The notes under the pieces: model-generated | Told to the model about the DNA's origin: nothing | Databases searched by the model: none | What the model saw: only the letters and a program-made list of their open reading frames with translations | DNA from: Macrostomum lignano | Taxonomy: Eukaryota | NCBI GenBank assembly: GCA_002269645.1 | Contig: NIVC01002686.1 | Location: 62,001-126,000 of the forward strand | DNA length: 64,000 nt | Direction of reading: 5' to 3' | Part shown: positions 46,497 to 58,724 of the stretch, piece by piece | How positions within the stretch are numbered: position 1 is the stretch's first letter | Layout: each line of letters starts with the position of its first letter | Translations under genes and position numbers: made by a program

Positions 46497-46790
46497 CCGT
46501 AACCTAAACTCTAACCCTCTCCTAAGCCCTACCGTAACCTAAAATCTAACGCTCTCCTAAACCCTACCGTAACATAAACTCATAAACCCTACCCTAATCT
46601 AAACTCTAACCCTCGATCACATGAACCCTTCTTTAACCTAAACTCTAACCCCCACTTAAGCCCTAACGTAACGTAAACCCTAGTTTAAACCCTAAACCCT
46701 ACCATGATCTAAACCCTAACCCTCACTTAAAGCCTACCCTATCCTAACCTAAACCCTAACCCTCATTTAACCCTACCATAACCTAAATCG
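46497..46790. repeat. Degenerate (CCCTAA)n telomere-like tract
   Basis: Repeated AACCCTAA, AACCTAAA and CCCTAC motifs. Confidence 0.7.
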
Positions 46791-46999
46791 TTGGCAGCTA
46801 ATTCTATGTTTCATGTTCCTTACGCTTTTACGTTGTAAAATTTCGATTTTGTGAACCGAGTTGATTTCAAATACTACTTGATTTACACCGTTTTAAGTAG
46901 TTTAAGTAGAATATCGAATTCCAAATCTAGGCCGCTTATTTTTCTGTCCTAAAATGATTGATGCATTGCAGTAGCAAGAAAAGCGTCAACCAATAGCAG

Positions 47000-49900
47000 A
47001 TGGCTTTCGCCTCGGCCAATCAGAAGTCGCCTGGCTACAGCCAGCCAGCCAATAGCGGCGAGGCAGTTTCGCCGATACGCGCCCTAGCCAATAAAGGCGA
47101 GAATGCCAGCTGCGCAGAGTGCGGCGCCAGGCCAACTAGCGTAGTCGGCCTGGAGACTGGCGGCACCTTCGCTTGCGTAGCCTGCGCCGCCGTCTACAGG
47201 TGACCTTCGTGAGCGGGTGTCCACTGGAATCTAATAACAAGATCTGGGTGTCCACTGGTATCTAATGACAAGATCTGGGTGTCCGCTGGTATCTAATGAC
47301 AAGATCTGGGTGTCCACTGGTATCTAATGACAAGATCTGGGTGTCCACTGGTATCTAATGACAAGATCTGGGTGTCCACTGGTATCTAATGACAAGATCT
47401 GGGTGTCCGCTGGTATCTAATGACAAGATCTGGGTGTCCACTGGTATCTAATGACAAGATCTGGGTGTCCACTAGAATAGCCAATAGCAATACTCGGTCT
47501 AAAAGGGGAATTAGACTGGGTTCCCCAATTTAAAATCCCTAAACAATGTCCGCACAATTCCACAGGCGGCTAGGATTCCGCACCAGATCGGTTGACCGGG
47601 ACTCCTGGCAGCCGGCCGAGCTGGCTAGCCTTCTGGGCAATCTGGCGGTGGCCCAGGAGCTCGAGCGCAACCTGCCGGCCTTTTATCGCCGGCCGAAACC
47701 GCACGCAGTCGGTGAGGCTGACGCCATCCGGCACCAGTTCGTGCTGGCCAAGTACAGGCGCAGGGAGTTCTGTGACCCCGCACTGCAGGCCGCCTACCAT
47801 CGGATGGGCGGCGGCGGCGGCTTCACCAAGGAGGGCCAACTGTGGAAACGGTCGAAAGATTCGGACAAGTACTTTTCCAGAATTTTTGAACTGTCCGAGA
47901 GGGATAATTATCTGCGGTACTTTGTGAAGGACGGCAGCGCTAGGGAGGTCAAGGCCACCATTCCCATTGATAGGGTGAGTTGGGCCACTGTGGGATGGGC
48001 TTTGTTGGTCCGTGTGTCATTGCTGACCTGTCCTTGTGTGTCATTGCCGACCTGTCCTTGTGTGTCTTTGCCGACCTGTCCTTGTGTGTCTTTGCTGACC
48101 TGTCCTTGTGTGTCTTTGCTGACCTGTCCTTGTGTGTCTTTGCTGACCTGTCCTTGTGTGTCTTTGCTGACCTGTCCTTGTGTGTCATTGCCGACCTGTC
48201 CTTCAGTGTCTGCTGACCTGTCCTTGTGTGTCATTGCCGACCTGTCCTTCAGTGTCTGCTGACCTGTCCTTGTGTGTCATTGCCGACCTGTCCTTGTGTG
48301 TCTTTGCCGACCTGTCCTTCAGTGTCTGCTGACCTGTCCTTGTGTGTCTTTGCTGACCTGTCCTTGTGTGTCATTGCTGACCTGTCCATGTGTTTTTGCT
48401 GACCTGTCTTTGTGTGTCATTGCCGACCTGTCCTTGTGTGTCATTGCCGACCTGTCCTTGTGTGTCTTTGCCGACCTGTCCTTCAGTGTCTGCTGACCTG
48501 TCCTTGTGTGTCTTTGCTGACCTGTCCTTGTGTGTCATTGCTGACCTGTCCATGTGTTTTTGCTGACCTGTCCTTGTGTGTCTTTGCTGACCTGTCCTTG
48601 TGTGTCTTTGCTGACCTGTCCTTGTGTGTCATTGCTGACCTGTCCTTGTGTGTCTTTGCCGACCTGTCCTTGTGTGTCATTGCCGACCTGTCCTTGTGTG
48701 TCATTGCCGACCTGTCCTTGTGTGTCATTGCTGACCTGTCCATGTGTTTTTGCTGACCTGTCCTTGTGTGTCATTGCCGACCTGTCCTTGTGTGTCATTG
48801 CCGACCTGTCCTTGTGTGTCATTGCCGACCTGTCCTTGTGTGTCTTTGCTGACCTGTCCTTGTGTGTCATTGCTGACCTGTCCTTGTGTGTCATTGCCGA
48901 CCTGTCCTTGTGTGTCATTGCCGACCTGTCCTTGTGTGTCATTGCCGACCTGTCCTTGTGTGTCATTGCCGACCTGTCCTTGTGTGTCTTTGCCGACCTG
49001 TCCTTCAGTGTCTGCTGACCTGTCCTTGTGTGTCTTTGCTGACCTGTCCTTGTGTGTCATTGCTGACCTGTCCATGTGTTTTTGCTGACCTGTCCTTGTG
49101 TGTCATTGCCGACCTGTCCTTGTGTGTCTTTGCTGACCTGTCCTTGTGTGTCTTTGCTGACCTGTCCTAGTGTGTCATTGCTGACCTGTCCTTGTGTGTC
49201 ATTGCCGACCTGTCCTTGTGTGTCATTGCCGACCTGTCCTTGTGTGTCTTTGCTGACCTGTCCTTGTGTGTCTTTGCTGACCTGTCCTTGTGTGTCATTG
49301 CTGACCTGTCCTTGTGTGTCATTGCCGACCTGTCCTTGTGTGTCATTGCCGACCTGTCCTTGTGTGTCATTGCCGACCTGTCCTTGTGTGTCATTGCCGA
49401 CCTGTCCTTCAGTGTCTGCTGACCTGTCCTTGTGTGTCTTTGCTGACCTGTCCTTGTGTGTCTTTGCTGACCTGTCCTAGTGTGTCATTGCTGACCTGTC
49501 CTTGTGTGTCTTTGCTGACCTGTCCATGTGTTTTTGCTGACCTGTCCTTGTGTGTCTTTGCTGACCTGTCCTTCAGTGTCTGCTGACCTGTCCTTGTGTG
49601 TCTTTGCTGACCTGTCCTTCAGTGTCTGCTGACCTGTCCTCGTGTGTCTTTGCTGACCTGTCCATGTGTTTTTGCTGACCTGTCCTTGTGTGTCTTTGCT
49701 AACCTGTCCTTCAGTGTCTGCTGACCTGTCCTTGTGTGTCTTTGCTGACCTGTCCTTCAGTGTCTGCTGACCTGTCCTTGAGTGTCTTTGCTGACCTGTC
49801 CTTCAGTGTCTGCTGACCTGTCCTCGTGTGTCTTGACTGCCTGTCTTCAAATAATCCTTCGTGTCCTTGATCACCTGTCCGTGATTTCATGGCGTATTTG

Positions 49901-50573
49901 TGGGCCCCTCTGTGTTTTGCACACCAGCGGCACAGATTTCAATTTCAATTTGCTGCTTTATTTTTTCATGTCACTGTCAGCTGAACGTGACGATGGTTGG
50001 CGTCGCCGTGGAGGGCAGCCACCCCAACCTGATGCAGATCCTGTACCCGGACCAGGGCCGCACTCGCAGCCTGTACGTGTACCATGAACAGGAGCAGGAG
50101 ATCATCAGCTGGTACAACGCCATCCGCGGCTGCAAGTACTATCGCTATCGGGTGTCGCTGCTGTCTCCCGAGGAGCTGCTCCGACTGCCGCTAACTTACG
50201 ACTTCGCCGTGTGCGGCTGGCTGGCCAAGACCGGGCCAAACCAGACGGAGGCCTGGCAGCGCCGCTGGTGCTTCCTGCTGCGCCGGTCGCTGTTCTACTG
50301 CGCCGGCTTCATGGAGCCCCGGCCGAGAGGCGAGATCTGGCTGGGACAGCGGCCGGCTTACAGCATCTCGGCTGGGCCCCGCCCGGCTTCAGGAAGAAAG
50401 TCAAACCGGCCGGACAGCACGTGTTCACTCTGAGCACGCCAGACAGGGACTATGTGTTCTCCGCCGACTCCGCCGCCGCCTGCCAGCAGTGGCTCACCGC
50501 CATCGACAACCTGCTGGATTCGTCGCCTACTCCGCAGGACTGCCTGTACTCGATGACCCGCAGCAACGTCTGA
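47000..50573 (+). CDS. ADAP1: ArfGAP with dual PH domains (ADAP/centaurin-alpha); exons 47000-47199, 47566-47974, 49981-50573 (1-bp frameshift near 50380)
   Basis: CAEC..CVAC-x4-R ArfGAP zinc finger; AKY..REF; PH1 (KEGQLWKR...FELSERDNYLRYF); PH2 (GWLAKTGP...WQRRWCFL...STPDRDYVFSA...QQWLTAI); phase-consistent introns. Paralogue (ADAP1 vs ADAP2) not resolvable. Confidence 0.85.
47216..47473. repeat. Intronic minisatellite, 31-bp unit (GGGTGTCCACTGGTATCTAATGACAAGATCT)
   Basis: About 8 copies in ADAP intron 1. Confidence 0.95.
48011..49835 (-). repeat. Intronic minisatellite, reverse complement of the 44.1-45.8 kb family
   Basis: Unit GACCTGTCCTTGTGTGTC(T/A)TTGC(T/C) fills ADAP intron 2. Confidence 0.96.
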
Positions 50574-50589
50574 CATCCCAACAGGGACA

Positions 50590-51245
50590 GGCACAGCAAA
50601 CAACAAATTAGGGCAGACACAAAAAACAACAACAAATTAGGAGAGACACAGCAAAATCAACAACAAATTAGGAGAGACACATAAAAAACAACAACAAATT
50701 AGGAGAGACAGCAAAATCAACAACAAATTAGGAGAGACACATAAAAAACAACAACAAATTAGGAGAGACACATAAAAAACAACAACAAATTAGGAGAGAC
50801 ACATCAAAGCAACAAATTAGGAGAGACACAGCAAAATCAACAACAAATTAGGAGAGACACATAAAAACAACAACAAATTAGGAGAGACACATAAAAAACA
50901 ACAACAAATTAGGAGAGACACAGCAAAATCAACAACAAATTAGGAGAGACACATAAAAAACAACAACAAATTAGGAGAGACCACATAAAAAAACAACAAA
51001 TTAGGAGAGACACATCAAAGCAACAAGTTAGGAGAGACACAGCAAAATCAACAACAAGTTAGGAGAGACACAGCAAAATCAACAACAAGTTAGGAGAGAC
51101 ACAGCAAAATCAACAACAAGTTAGGAGAGACACAGCAAAATCAACAACAAGTTAGGAGAGACACAGCAAAATCAACAACAAGTTAGGAGAGACACAGCAA
51201 AATCAACAACAAATTAGGGCAGACGCAGCGAAATCAACACCAAAT
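50590..51245. repeat. Minisatellite, about 31-bp unit (AACAACAAATTAGGAGAGACACAGCAAAATC)
   Basis: Starts just after the ADAP stop codon. Confidence 0.93.
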
Positions 51246-51499
51246 TGGGACGGAAATAATCAAAGCAACTACATTTCTGAGTGAAGGCGATAAAATAAAT
51301 GATGCAGTATTTTATAAACCAAAAATAATCACTTAAGTTAATGACCACCCAGCATGTGCAGGCATCAGCAGATTGACAATCCTTGATTAGAAGTGTATAA
51401 AGATCGCTAAATAAATTATTTTTACTATTAGTAGTGTGATTCTCCTGTCCCTTTTTATTTTTGTTACTGAAAAGTTTTACAGATTTTATTTTATATCAA

Positions 51500-52600
51500 C
51501 TGTATCAATCATATCAATGAGCTGATATCAACCCTATCTATCATATCAATGAGCTGATATCAACCCTATCAATCATATCAATGAGCTGATATCAACCCTA
51601 TCTATCATATCAATGAGCTGATATCAACCCTATCTATCATATCAATGAGCTGATATCAACCCTATCTATCACATCAATGAGCTGATATCAACCCTATCTA
51701 TCACATCAATGAGCTGATATCAACCCTATCTATCATATCAATGAGCTGATATCAACCCTATCAATCATATCAATGAGCTGATATCAACCCTATCTATCAT
51801 ATCAATGAGCTGATATCAACCCTATCTATCACATCAATGAGCTGATATCAACCCTATCTATCACATCAATGAGCTGATATCAACCCTATCTATCATATCA
51901 ATGAGCTGATATCAACCCTATCTATCATATCAATGAGCTGATATCAACCCTATCTATCACATCAATGAGCTGATATCAACCCTATCTATCATATCAATGA
52001 GCTGATATCAACCCTATCAATCATATCAATGAGCTGATATCAACCCTATCTATCACATCAATGAGCTGATATCAACCCTATCTATCACATCAATGAGCTG
52101 CTATCAACCCTATCAATCATATCAATGAGCTGATATCAACCCTATCTATCATATCAATGAGCTGATATCAACCCTATCTATCACATCAATGAGCTGATAT
52201 CAACCCTATCTATCACATCAATGAGCTGATATCAACCCTATCTATCATATCAATGAGCTGATATCAACCCTATCTATCATATCAATGAGCTGATATCAAC
52301 CCTATCTATCACATCAATGAGCTGATATCAACCCTATCTATCATATCAATGAGCTGATATCAACCCTATCAATCATATCAATGAGCTGATATCAACCCTA
52401 TCTATCACATCAATGAGCTGATATCAACCCTATCTATCACATCAATGAGCTGCTATCAACCCTATCAATCATATCAATGAGCTGATATCAACCCTATCTA
52501 TCACATCAATGAGCTGATATCAACCCTATCTATCACATCAATGAGCTGCTATCAACCCTATCTATCACATCAATGAGCTGATATCAACCCTATCAATCAC
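51500..52600. repeat. Minisatellite, 32-bp unit (ATCATATCAATGAGCTGATATCAACCCTATCT)
   Basis: About 34 tandem copies. Confidence 0.96.
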
Positions 52601-53332
52601 TGTGCAATGATACCCATAGTCGAATCAAGGTGCTTTCTGACCTGCATGAAGAGTTCTATTTACACACTTTTTAACTCTTTACCCATAGCTGAAGTCAAAA
52701 TGCCTTCTGCAGTGTATTTTTGCATTAAAAATGTGCTTACTCGCGAGTCAGCTTTCAATGATATCCCATACTTTTATTAAGGCCTTACTATAAAATTATT
52801 ATGTAGAATATTTACTAATTAAATTTTCTACAGTGTGTTATATTTCTGTTTTGATAATTTTTATATATAGATGTTAAATATGGCTGCTCAGTATTATGCA
52901 CAAAATTGCTATCAAATATTATGCCATATCTTTTGGATAGAACTCAATATTCACATTATGTATTAACAGTTGCAAATGACACAAACACATCTGCTGAATC
53001 TCTTTAATTGATTTGTGCAGTTTATAGTCATCAGTGGCTGCTTACATATTTTTATTAGTTTTTGCAATATAACAGCTTTTTTATATAAGCTTTTTGAATT
53101 TTATTAATATTTTAATAACAATAATGCGATTCACTAACAATAAGTTTTTCGCCGCATTTCCACTGGCTTCAATAGCTTGATTAAAGCTTGGAATTTGTAC
53201 CGGGTTTCGCTTCAGTGTTGCTTTGGCGCTGCAATTTGTATTGCTGTTTTATATAAATATTTCTGTACGTATTACATTAAGCTTGCTTGAGTCTTAACTG
53301 CCTTGTTCTCATTATTTTATCTCCCTACCGAA

Positions 53333-54230
53333 GCACACAGCATCTCACACCTCAGACACAGGCACCCAGCATCTCACACCTCAGACACTGAGGCACCCAG
53401 CATCTCACACCCCAAACACACAGCACACAGCACCCAGCATCTCACACCTCAGACACTGAGGCACCCAGCATCTCACACCTCAGACACTGAGGCACCCAGA
53501 ATCTCACACCTCAGACACTGAGGCACCCAGAATCTCACACCTCAGACACTGAGGCACCCAGAATCTCACACCTCAGACACTGAGGCACCCAGAATCTCAC
53601 ACCTCAGACACTGAGGCACCCAGAATCTCACACCTCAGACACTGAGGCACCCAGAATCTCACACCTCAGACACTGAGGCACCCAGCATCTCACACCTCAG
53701 ACACTGAGGCACCCAGCATCTCACACCTCAGACACTGAGGCACCCAGCATCTCACACCTCAGACACACAGCACCCAGCATCTCGCACCCCAGACACACAG
53801 CACCCAGCATCTCGCATCCCAGACACACAGCACACAGCATCTCGCATCCCAGACACACAGCACCCAGCATCTCGCACCCCAGACACACAGCACCCAGCAT
53901 CTCGCATCCCAGACACACAGCACACAGCATCTCGCATCCCAGACACACAGCACACAGCACCTCGCATCCCAGACACACAGCACACAGCACCCAGCATCTC
54001 GCATCCCAGACACACAGCACACAGCACACAGCACCTCGCATCCCAGACACACAGCACACAGCACCCAGCATCTCGCATCCCAGACACACAGCACACAGCA
54101 CCCAGCATCTCGCATCCCAGACACACAGCACACAGCACCCAGCATCTCGCATCCCAGACACACAGCACCCAGCATCTCGCACCCCAGACACACAGCACCC
54201 AGCATCTCGCACCCCAGACACACAGCACCC
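53333..54230. repeat. Compound minisatellite (31-bp unit switching to 30/37/44-bp units)
   Basis: CACCCAGCATCTCACACCTCAGACACTGAGG grades into CACCCAGCATCTCGCATCCCAGACACACAG. Confidence 0.93.
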
Positions 54231-54445
54231 ACGCTAGCCCACATGTTTCCAATAAAACGCTGCATTCACTGAAAATGGTCAGTAAATCCATTTTACAACC
54301 ACTAAATTTTCAGTGCTGAAATTTTCTCCGAGTGACCTTGTTTGTCAGCCGCTTCACCCTGCCTGGCTGAGGTGATTTTTTTACTACTCTGCATTGTGAC
54401 CGCTACCGACTATGAGGTGTGTGTGTTTCTTTATGAGTTAATCAG

Positions 54446-54890
54446 CGCCCGGCCCACACCGCAGTCTCCAACCCGCCTGCCACCCCCCCCCCCCAGTGTG
54501 CGCCTGGCCCACACAGCAGTCTCCAACCCGCCTGCCACCCCCCCAGTGTGCGCCCGGCCCACACCGCAGTCTCCAACCCGCCTGCCACCCCCCAGTGTAC
54601 GCCTGGCCCACACCGCAGTCTCCAACCCGCCTGCCACCCCCTCCCCAGTGTGCGCCTGGCCCACACCGCAGTCTCCAACCCGCCTGCCACCCCCCCCCAG
54701 TGTGCGCCCGGCCCACACAGCAGTCTCCAACCCGCCTGCCACCCCCCAGTGTGCGCCCGGCCCACACCGCAGTCTCCAACCCGCCTGCCACCCCCCCCCC
54801 AGTGTGCGCCTGGCCCACACCGCAGTCTCCAACCCGCCTGCCACCCCCCAGTGTGCGCCTGGCCCACACCGCAGTCTCCAACCCGCGCCT
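54446..54890. repeat. C-rich minisatellite, about 44-bp unit
   Basis: CAGTGTGCGCCTGGCCCACACCGCAGTCTCCAACCCGCCTGCCACCCC, with variable C runs. Confidence 0.92.
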
Positions 54891-54900
54891 GGCCGCGCAG

Positions 54901-57136
54901 CCGCCGCTGCTCGTCCTGCACGGCCTGTTCGGCATGGCCCGCAACTGGCGCTCTGTGGCCAAATCTCTGGCCAGAAATCATTCGCCAATAATTTGCGCCG
55001 ATCTGCGTAACCATGGCGACAGTCCGCATCATCAGGATATGAGCATGGCGGCTATGGTTGGCGATGTCAGGCAGTTTATTGAGCAGCAGCTGGATGCCAC
55101 GCCTGTGCACCTGCTTGGCCACAGCTTGGGCGGCAAGGTGGCCATGAGGACTGCGCTGCTGCATGTGAGCTGTGGGAGTGTTAGAGAGGGGCAGGCAGGG
55201 ATCAGGGGTGGAGAGAGATAAAAGTAGCCAAGAGTTAGAATCTAATGGGAGGGTGAGACCAGATTGGAGTCAAGCTGAGATCAGATTGGAGCCAGGGTAA
55301 TATCAACTTGGAGTCTCGGTGAGATCAGTTTTGAGTCAGGGTGAGATCAGATTGGAGTCAGGATGAGATCAGATTGGAGTCAAGCTGAGATCAGATTGGA
55401 GTCAGGGTGAGATCAGATTGGAGTCAGGGTGAGATCAGATTGGAGTCAGGGTGAGATCAGATTGGAGTCAGGGTGAGATCAGATTAGAGTCAGGGTAATA
55501 TCAACTTGGAGTCTCGGTGAGATCAGTTTTGAGTCAGGCTGAGATCAGATTGGAGTCAGGGTGAGATCAGATTGGAGTCAGGGTGAGATCAGATTGGAGT
55601 CAGGGTGAGATCAGATTGGAGTCAGGCTGAGATCAGATTGGAGTCAGGCTGAGATCAGATTGGAGTCAGGGTGAGATCAGATTGGAGTCAGGGTGAGATC
55701 AGATTGGAGTCAGGGTGAGATCAGATTAGAGTCAGGGTAATATCAACTTGGAGTCTCGGTGAGATCAGTTTTGAGTCATGCTGAGATCAGATTGGAGTCA
55801 GGGTGAGATCAGATTGGAGTCAGGCTGAGATCAGATTGGAGTCAGGCTGAGATCAGATTGGAGTCAGGCTGAGATCAGATTGGAGTCAGGCTGAGATCAG
55901 ATTGGAGTCAGGCTGAGATCAGATTGGAGTCAGGGTGAGATCAGATTGGAGCCAGGGTGAGATCAGATTGGAGTCAGGGTGAGATCAGATTAGAGTCAGG
56001 GTAATATCAACTTGGAGTCTCGGTGAGATCAGTTTTGAGTCATGCTGAGATCAGATTGGAGTCAGGGTGAGATCAGATTGGAGTCAGGCTGAGATCAGAT
56101 TGGAGTCAGGCTGAGATCAGATTGGAGTCAGGCTGAGATCAGATTGGAGTCAGGCTGAGATCAGATTGGAGTCAGGCTGAGATCAGATTGGAGTCAGGCT
56201 GAGATCAGATTGGAGTCAAGCTGAGATCAGATTGGAGTCAGGGTAAGATCAGATTAGAGTCAGGGTGAGATCAGACGGGAATCTAATATCAGACTATTCC
56301 CTGCCTGCCGCAGCCGCAGCTGGTGCGGTCGCTAATTGTTGTGGACGCCTCGCCGCAGCCCAGCGGCTCCAAGCCGGGCTGGTTTCGCAGCATCATGGAG
56401 CTGATGCTCAGCCTGGACCTGAGCCGGCCGCCTGACCCGTCTTTGGCCGGCACTAAGAAGGCCTATTCTGAGTTTCTGGCCGCCGAAGTGCCTGTAAGAT
56501 ATTTGCATTGTATTAGCTGGGTAAACAGCGAGTGTCACTATGACTGTATTATAAATTACAAATGCTTCGTCATCTTATTAGTCTTTCCAGTATCACAAAA
56601 GTACACTGTTGCTTAAAACTTATCAATTTCAGGAGAAGGCGATCCGAGAATTCCTACTCACCAACCTGATGGAGGAGCCAGATTGTCCGGGCAAGTTCAG
56701 GTGGCGAATCAATCTGCCAGCTTTGCTGACTCATATTGAGGAGCTGATGGGCTGCGAGTTGAACAGCTGCCAGGCTGTTTACGACGGACCAACCGTTTTT
56801 ATTGGCGGCTCAAAGTCACCCTACATTGAGTGAGTGCTGCTAATAGATAGCGCTGGCAATTAGCCTGAAAATAAGCTATCGCTGACAGTTAGCTATCGCT
56901 GACAATTAGCTATCGCTGACAATTAGCCATCGCTGACAATTGGCTATCGCTGACATCCCCCACTCTGCAGCCCCAAGGACGCCAGCATTCAGCGCCTGTT
57001 CCCCCGCTCTGAAATTGTATTCGTGGAGGGCGCCGGCCACTGGGTGCACGCGGACCGGCCTGTTGAGTTCTGCTCAAAGGTGACTCAATTTCTGAGAAAC
57101 TGCGCTCAGACTGCGGCAGCGCCCGGTGGCTCTTGA
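54901..57136 (+). CDS. ABHD11: Alpha/beta hydrolase ABHD11; exons 54901-55164, 56314-56493, 56633-56829, 56971-57136 (5' exon unresolved)
   Basis: LHGLFG, DLRNHGDSPH, GHSLGGK nucleophile, IVVDASP, FLLTNL, WRINL, GAGHWVHADRP; splice phases consistent (0, 0, 2). Confidence 0.92.
55253..56277. repeat. Intronic minisatellite, 22-bp unit (GAGATCAGATTGGAGTCAGGGT)
   Basis: Fills an ABHD11 intron; a variant block (GTAATATCAACTTGGAGTCTC) recurs four times. Confidence 0.95.
56870..56955. repeat. Short intronic 17-bp repeat (TAGCTATCGCTGACAAT)
   Basis: About 5 copies in the last ABHD11 intron. Confidence 0.85.
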
Positions 57137-57635
57137 TGTTTGATCCTTGTCTTGGCAGATAGCAAGTGATTCCCTACAGTAGTCTTTTAGTTCTGAATTT
57201 TGCTAAGTTGGCACAATACTCAGTAAGGCTTGGTCGCAGATATTTTTTCAGCATTTGAAGTAGAAAATTTGATCTCATTGTAGAGGTCTATCTCGAGTCT
57301 ATCCCGCAGATCCCATCCAGGTCAAACAGTATTTTTGTTACTCAACATCTTTTTGTTCAGAGAATTCGTATATCCATTTCAAGCCTGTAATGCGCCGCCT
57401 TCAATTCCCGTACCAAATTGGAATGAATTTTAAGATTCCTACATTCAAATATATGCTTTCATGTGTTAGATAAGTGTTAACAAATAATGTTCAGGCACGC
57501 GCCTTTGTGTCTTTTTAATGGTTTATGGAGACTGCAATCTTTAAATTCCTAAAGCGGGGTTCGAAAGGTTAACCTTGCAAATAAGCTCAAAGCCTAATTA
57601 CAAGTTCAAAGTTCACAAGCTCTGCGTTCTGACTC

Positions 57636-58160
57636 CAAGATCTTCATGAGTAGGCAGGCTCACAAGATGAGATCAAAGCTCTTCATGAGTAGGCAGGCTC
57701 ATAAGATGAGATCAAAGCTCTTCATGAGTAGGCAGGCTCACAAGATGAGATCAAAGCTCTTCATGAGTAGGCAGGCTCACAAGATGAGATCAAAGCTCTT
57801 CATGAGTAGGCAGGCTCATAAGATGAGATCAAAGCTCTTCATGAGTAGGCAGGCTCACAAGATGAGATCAAAGCTCTTCATGAGTAGGCAGGCTCACAAG
57901 ATGAGATCAAAGCTCTTTACGAGTAGGCAGGCTCACAAGATGAGATCAAAGCTCTTCATGAGTAGGCAGGCTCACAAGATGAGATCAAAGCTCTTCATGA
58001 GTAGGCAGGCTCACAAGATGAGATCAAAGCTCTTCGTGAGTGGGCAGGCTCATAAGATGAGATCAAAGATCTTCATGAGTAGGCAGGCTCATAAGATGAG
58101 ATCAAAGATCTTCATGAGTAGGCAGGCTCATAAGATGAGATCAAAGATCTTCATGAGTCG
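57636..58160. repeat. Minisatellite, 39-bp unit (CTCTTCATGAGTAGGCAGGCTCACAAGATGAGATCAAAG)
   Basis: About 13 copies; source of the MSRQAHKMRSKLF ORF. Confidence 0.95.
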
Positions 58161-58724
58161 TCGACAGGCTCCTAAGATATAGCTGGATAGCAACCAAGCA
58201 GATCTATGCACATTCCAAAACGATTATCTGAGAATCTGATGTAGTAATCCTTGGTTGCTAACGCTCATTAATCCGGTACTCGTATTCTCACTCCTATTCG
58301 TGCAAGGGAAGCGAGCCGTTCTTTTAAGTCTCGTATGATGAAGCTTGCAATAATCCATAGGCATTAAGTTGATCCGCATCTGCAGCATCAAGTTGATCCG
58401 GGATCCTATGCGGCCTTCACCTTACCAGAGGCGAATAGTTAACTGTCACTTATTAGATTAGCTTATTTTTGGGTACACAAAATTCCAAAATTTTTCACTC
58501 AAATTTTCGACAAACAGGAGCAGTTTGCGCACAGATCGGGTCGTGTTTGCTTCTTGCGCATGCACTGCTTTGTGACATAAAAGAGATCAGAAACTTGATA
58601 ATTCGGCCGCCTGGAGACAAAGGGAATAATCGTGCTGCACTGGGCGGTTTTGTCACGACTCCACTGGGGATTAACTAAATAGTAACTAGAGATCTGGTGC
58701 TATCGTTCTTGCTAAATTGCATGC

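Noticed and set aside
54260-54420. Candidate first exon(s) of ABHD11
   Set aside because: Donors at about 54371 and 54417 are plausible, but no stop-free path from an ATG could be built.
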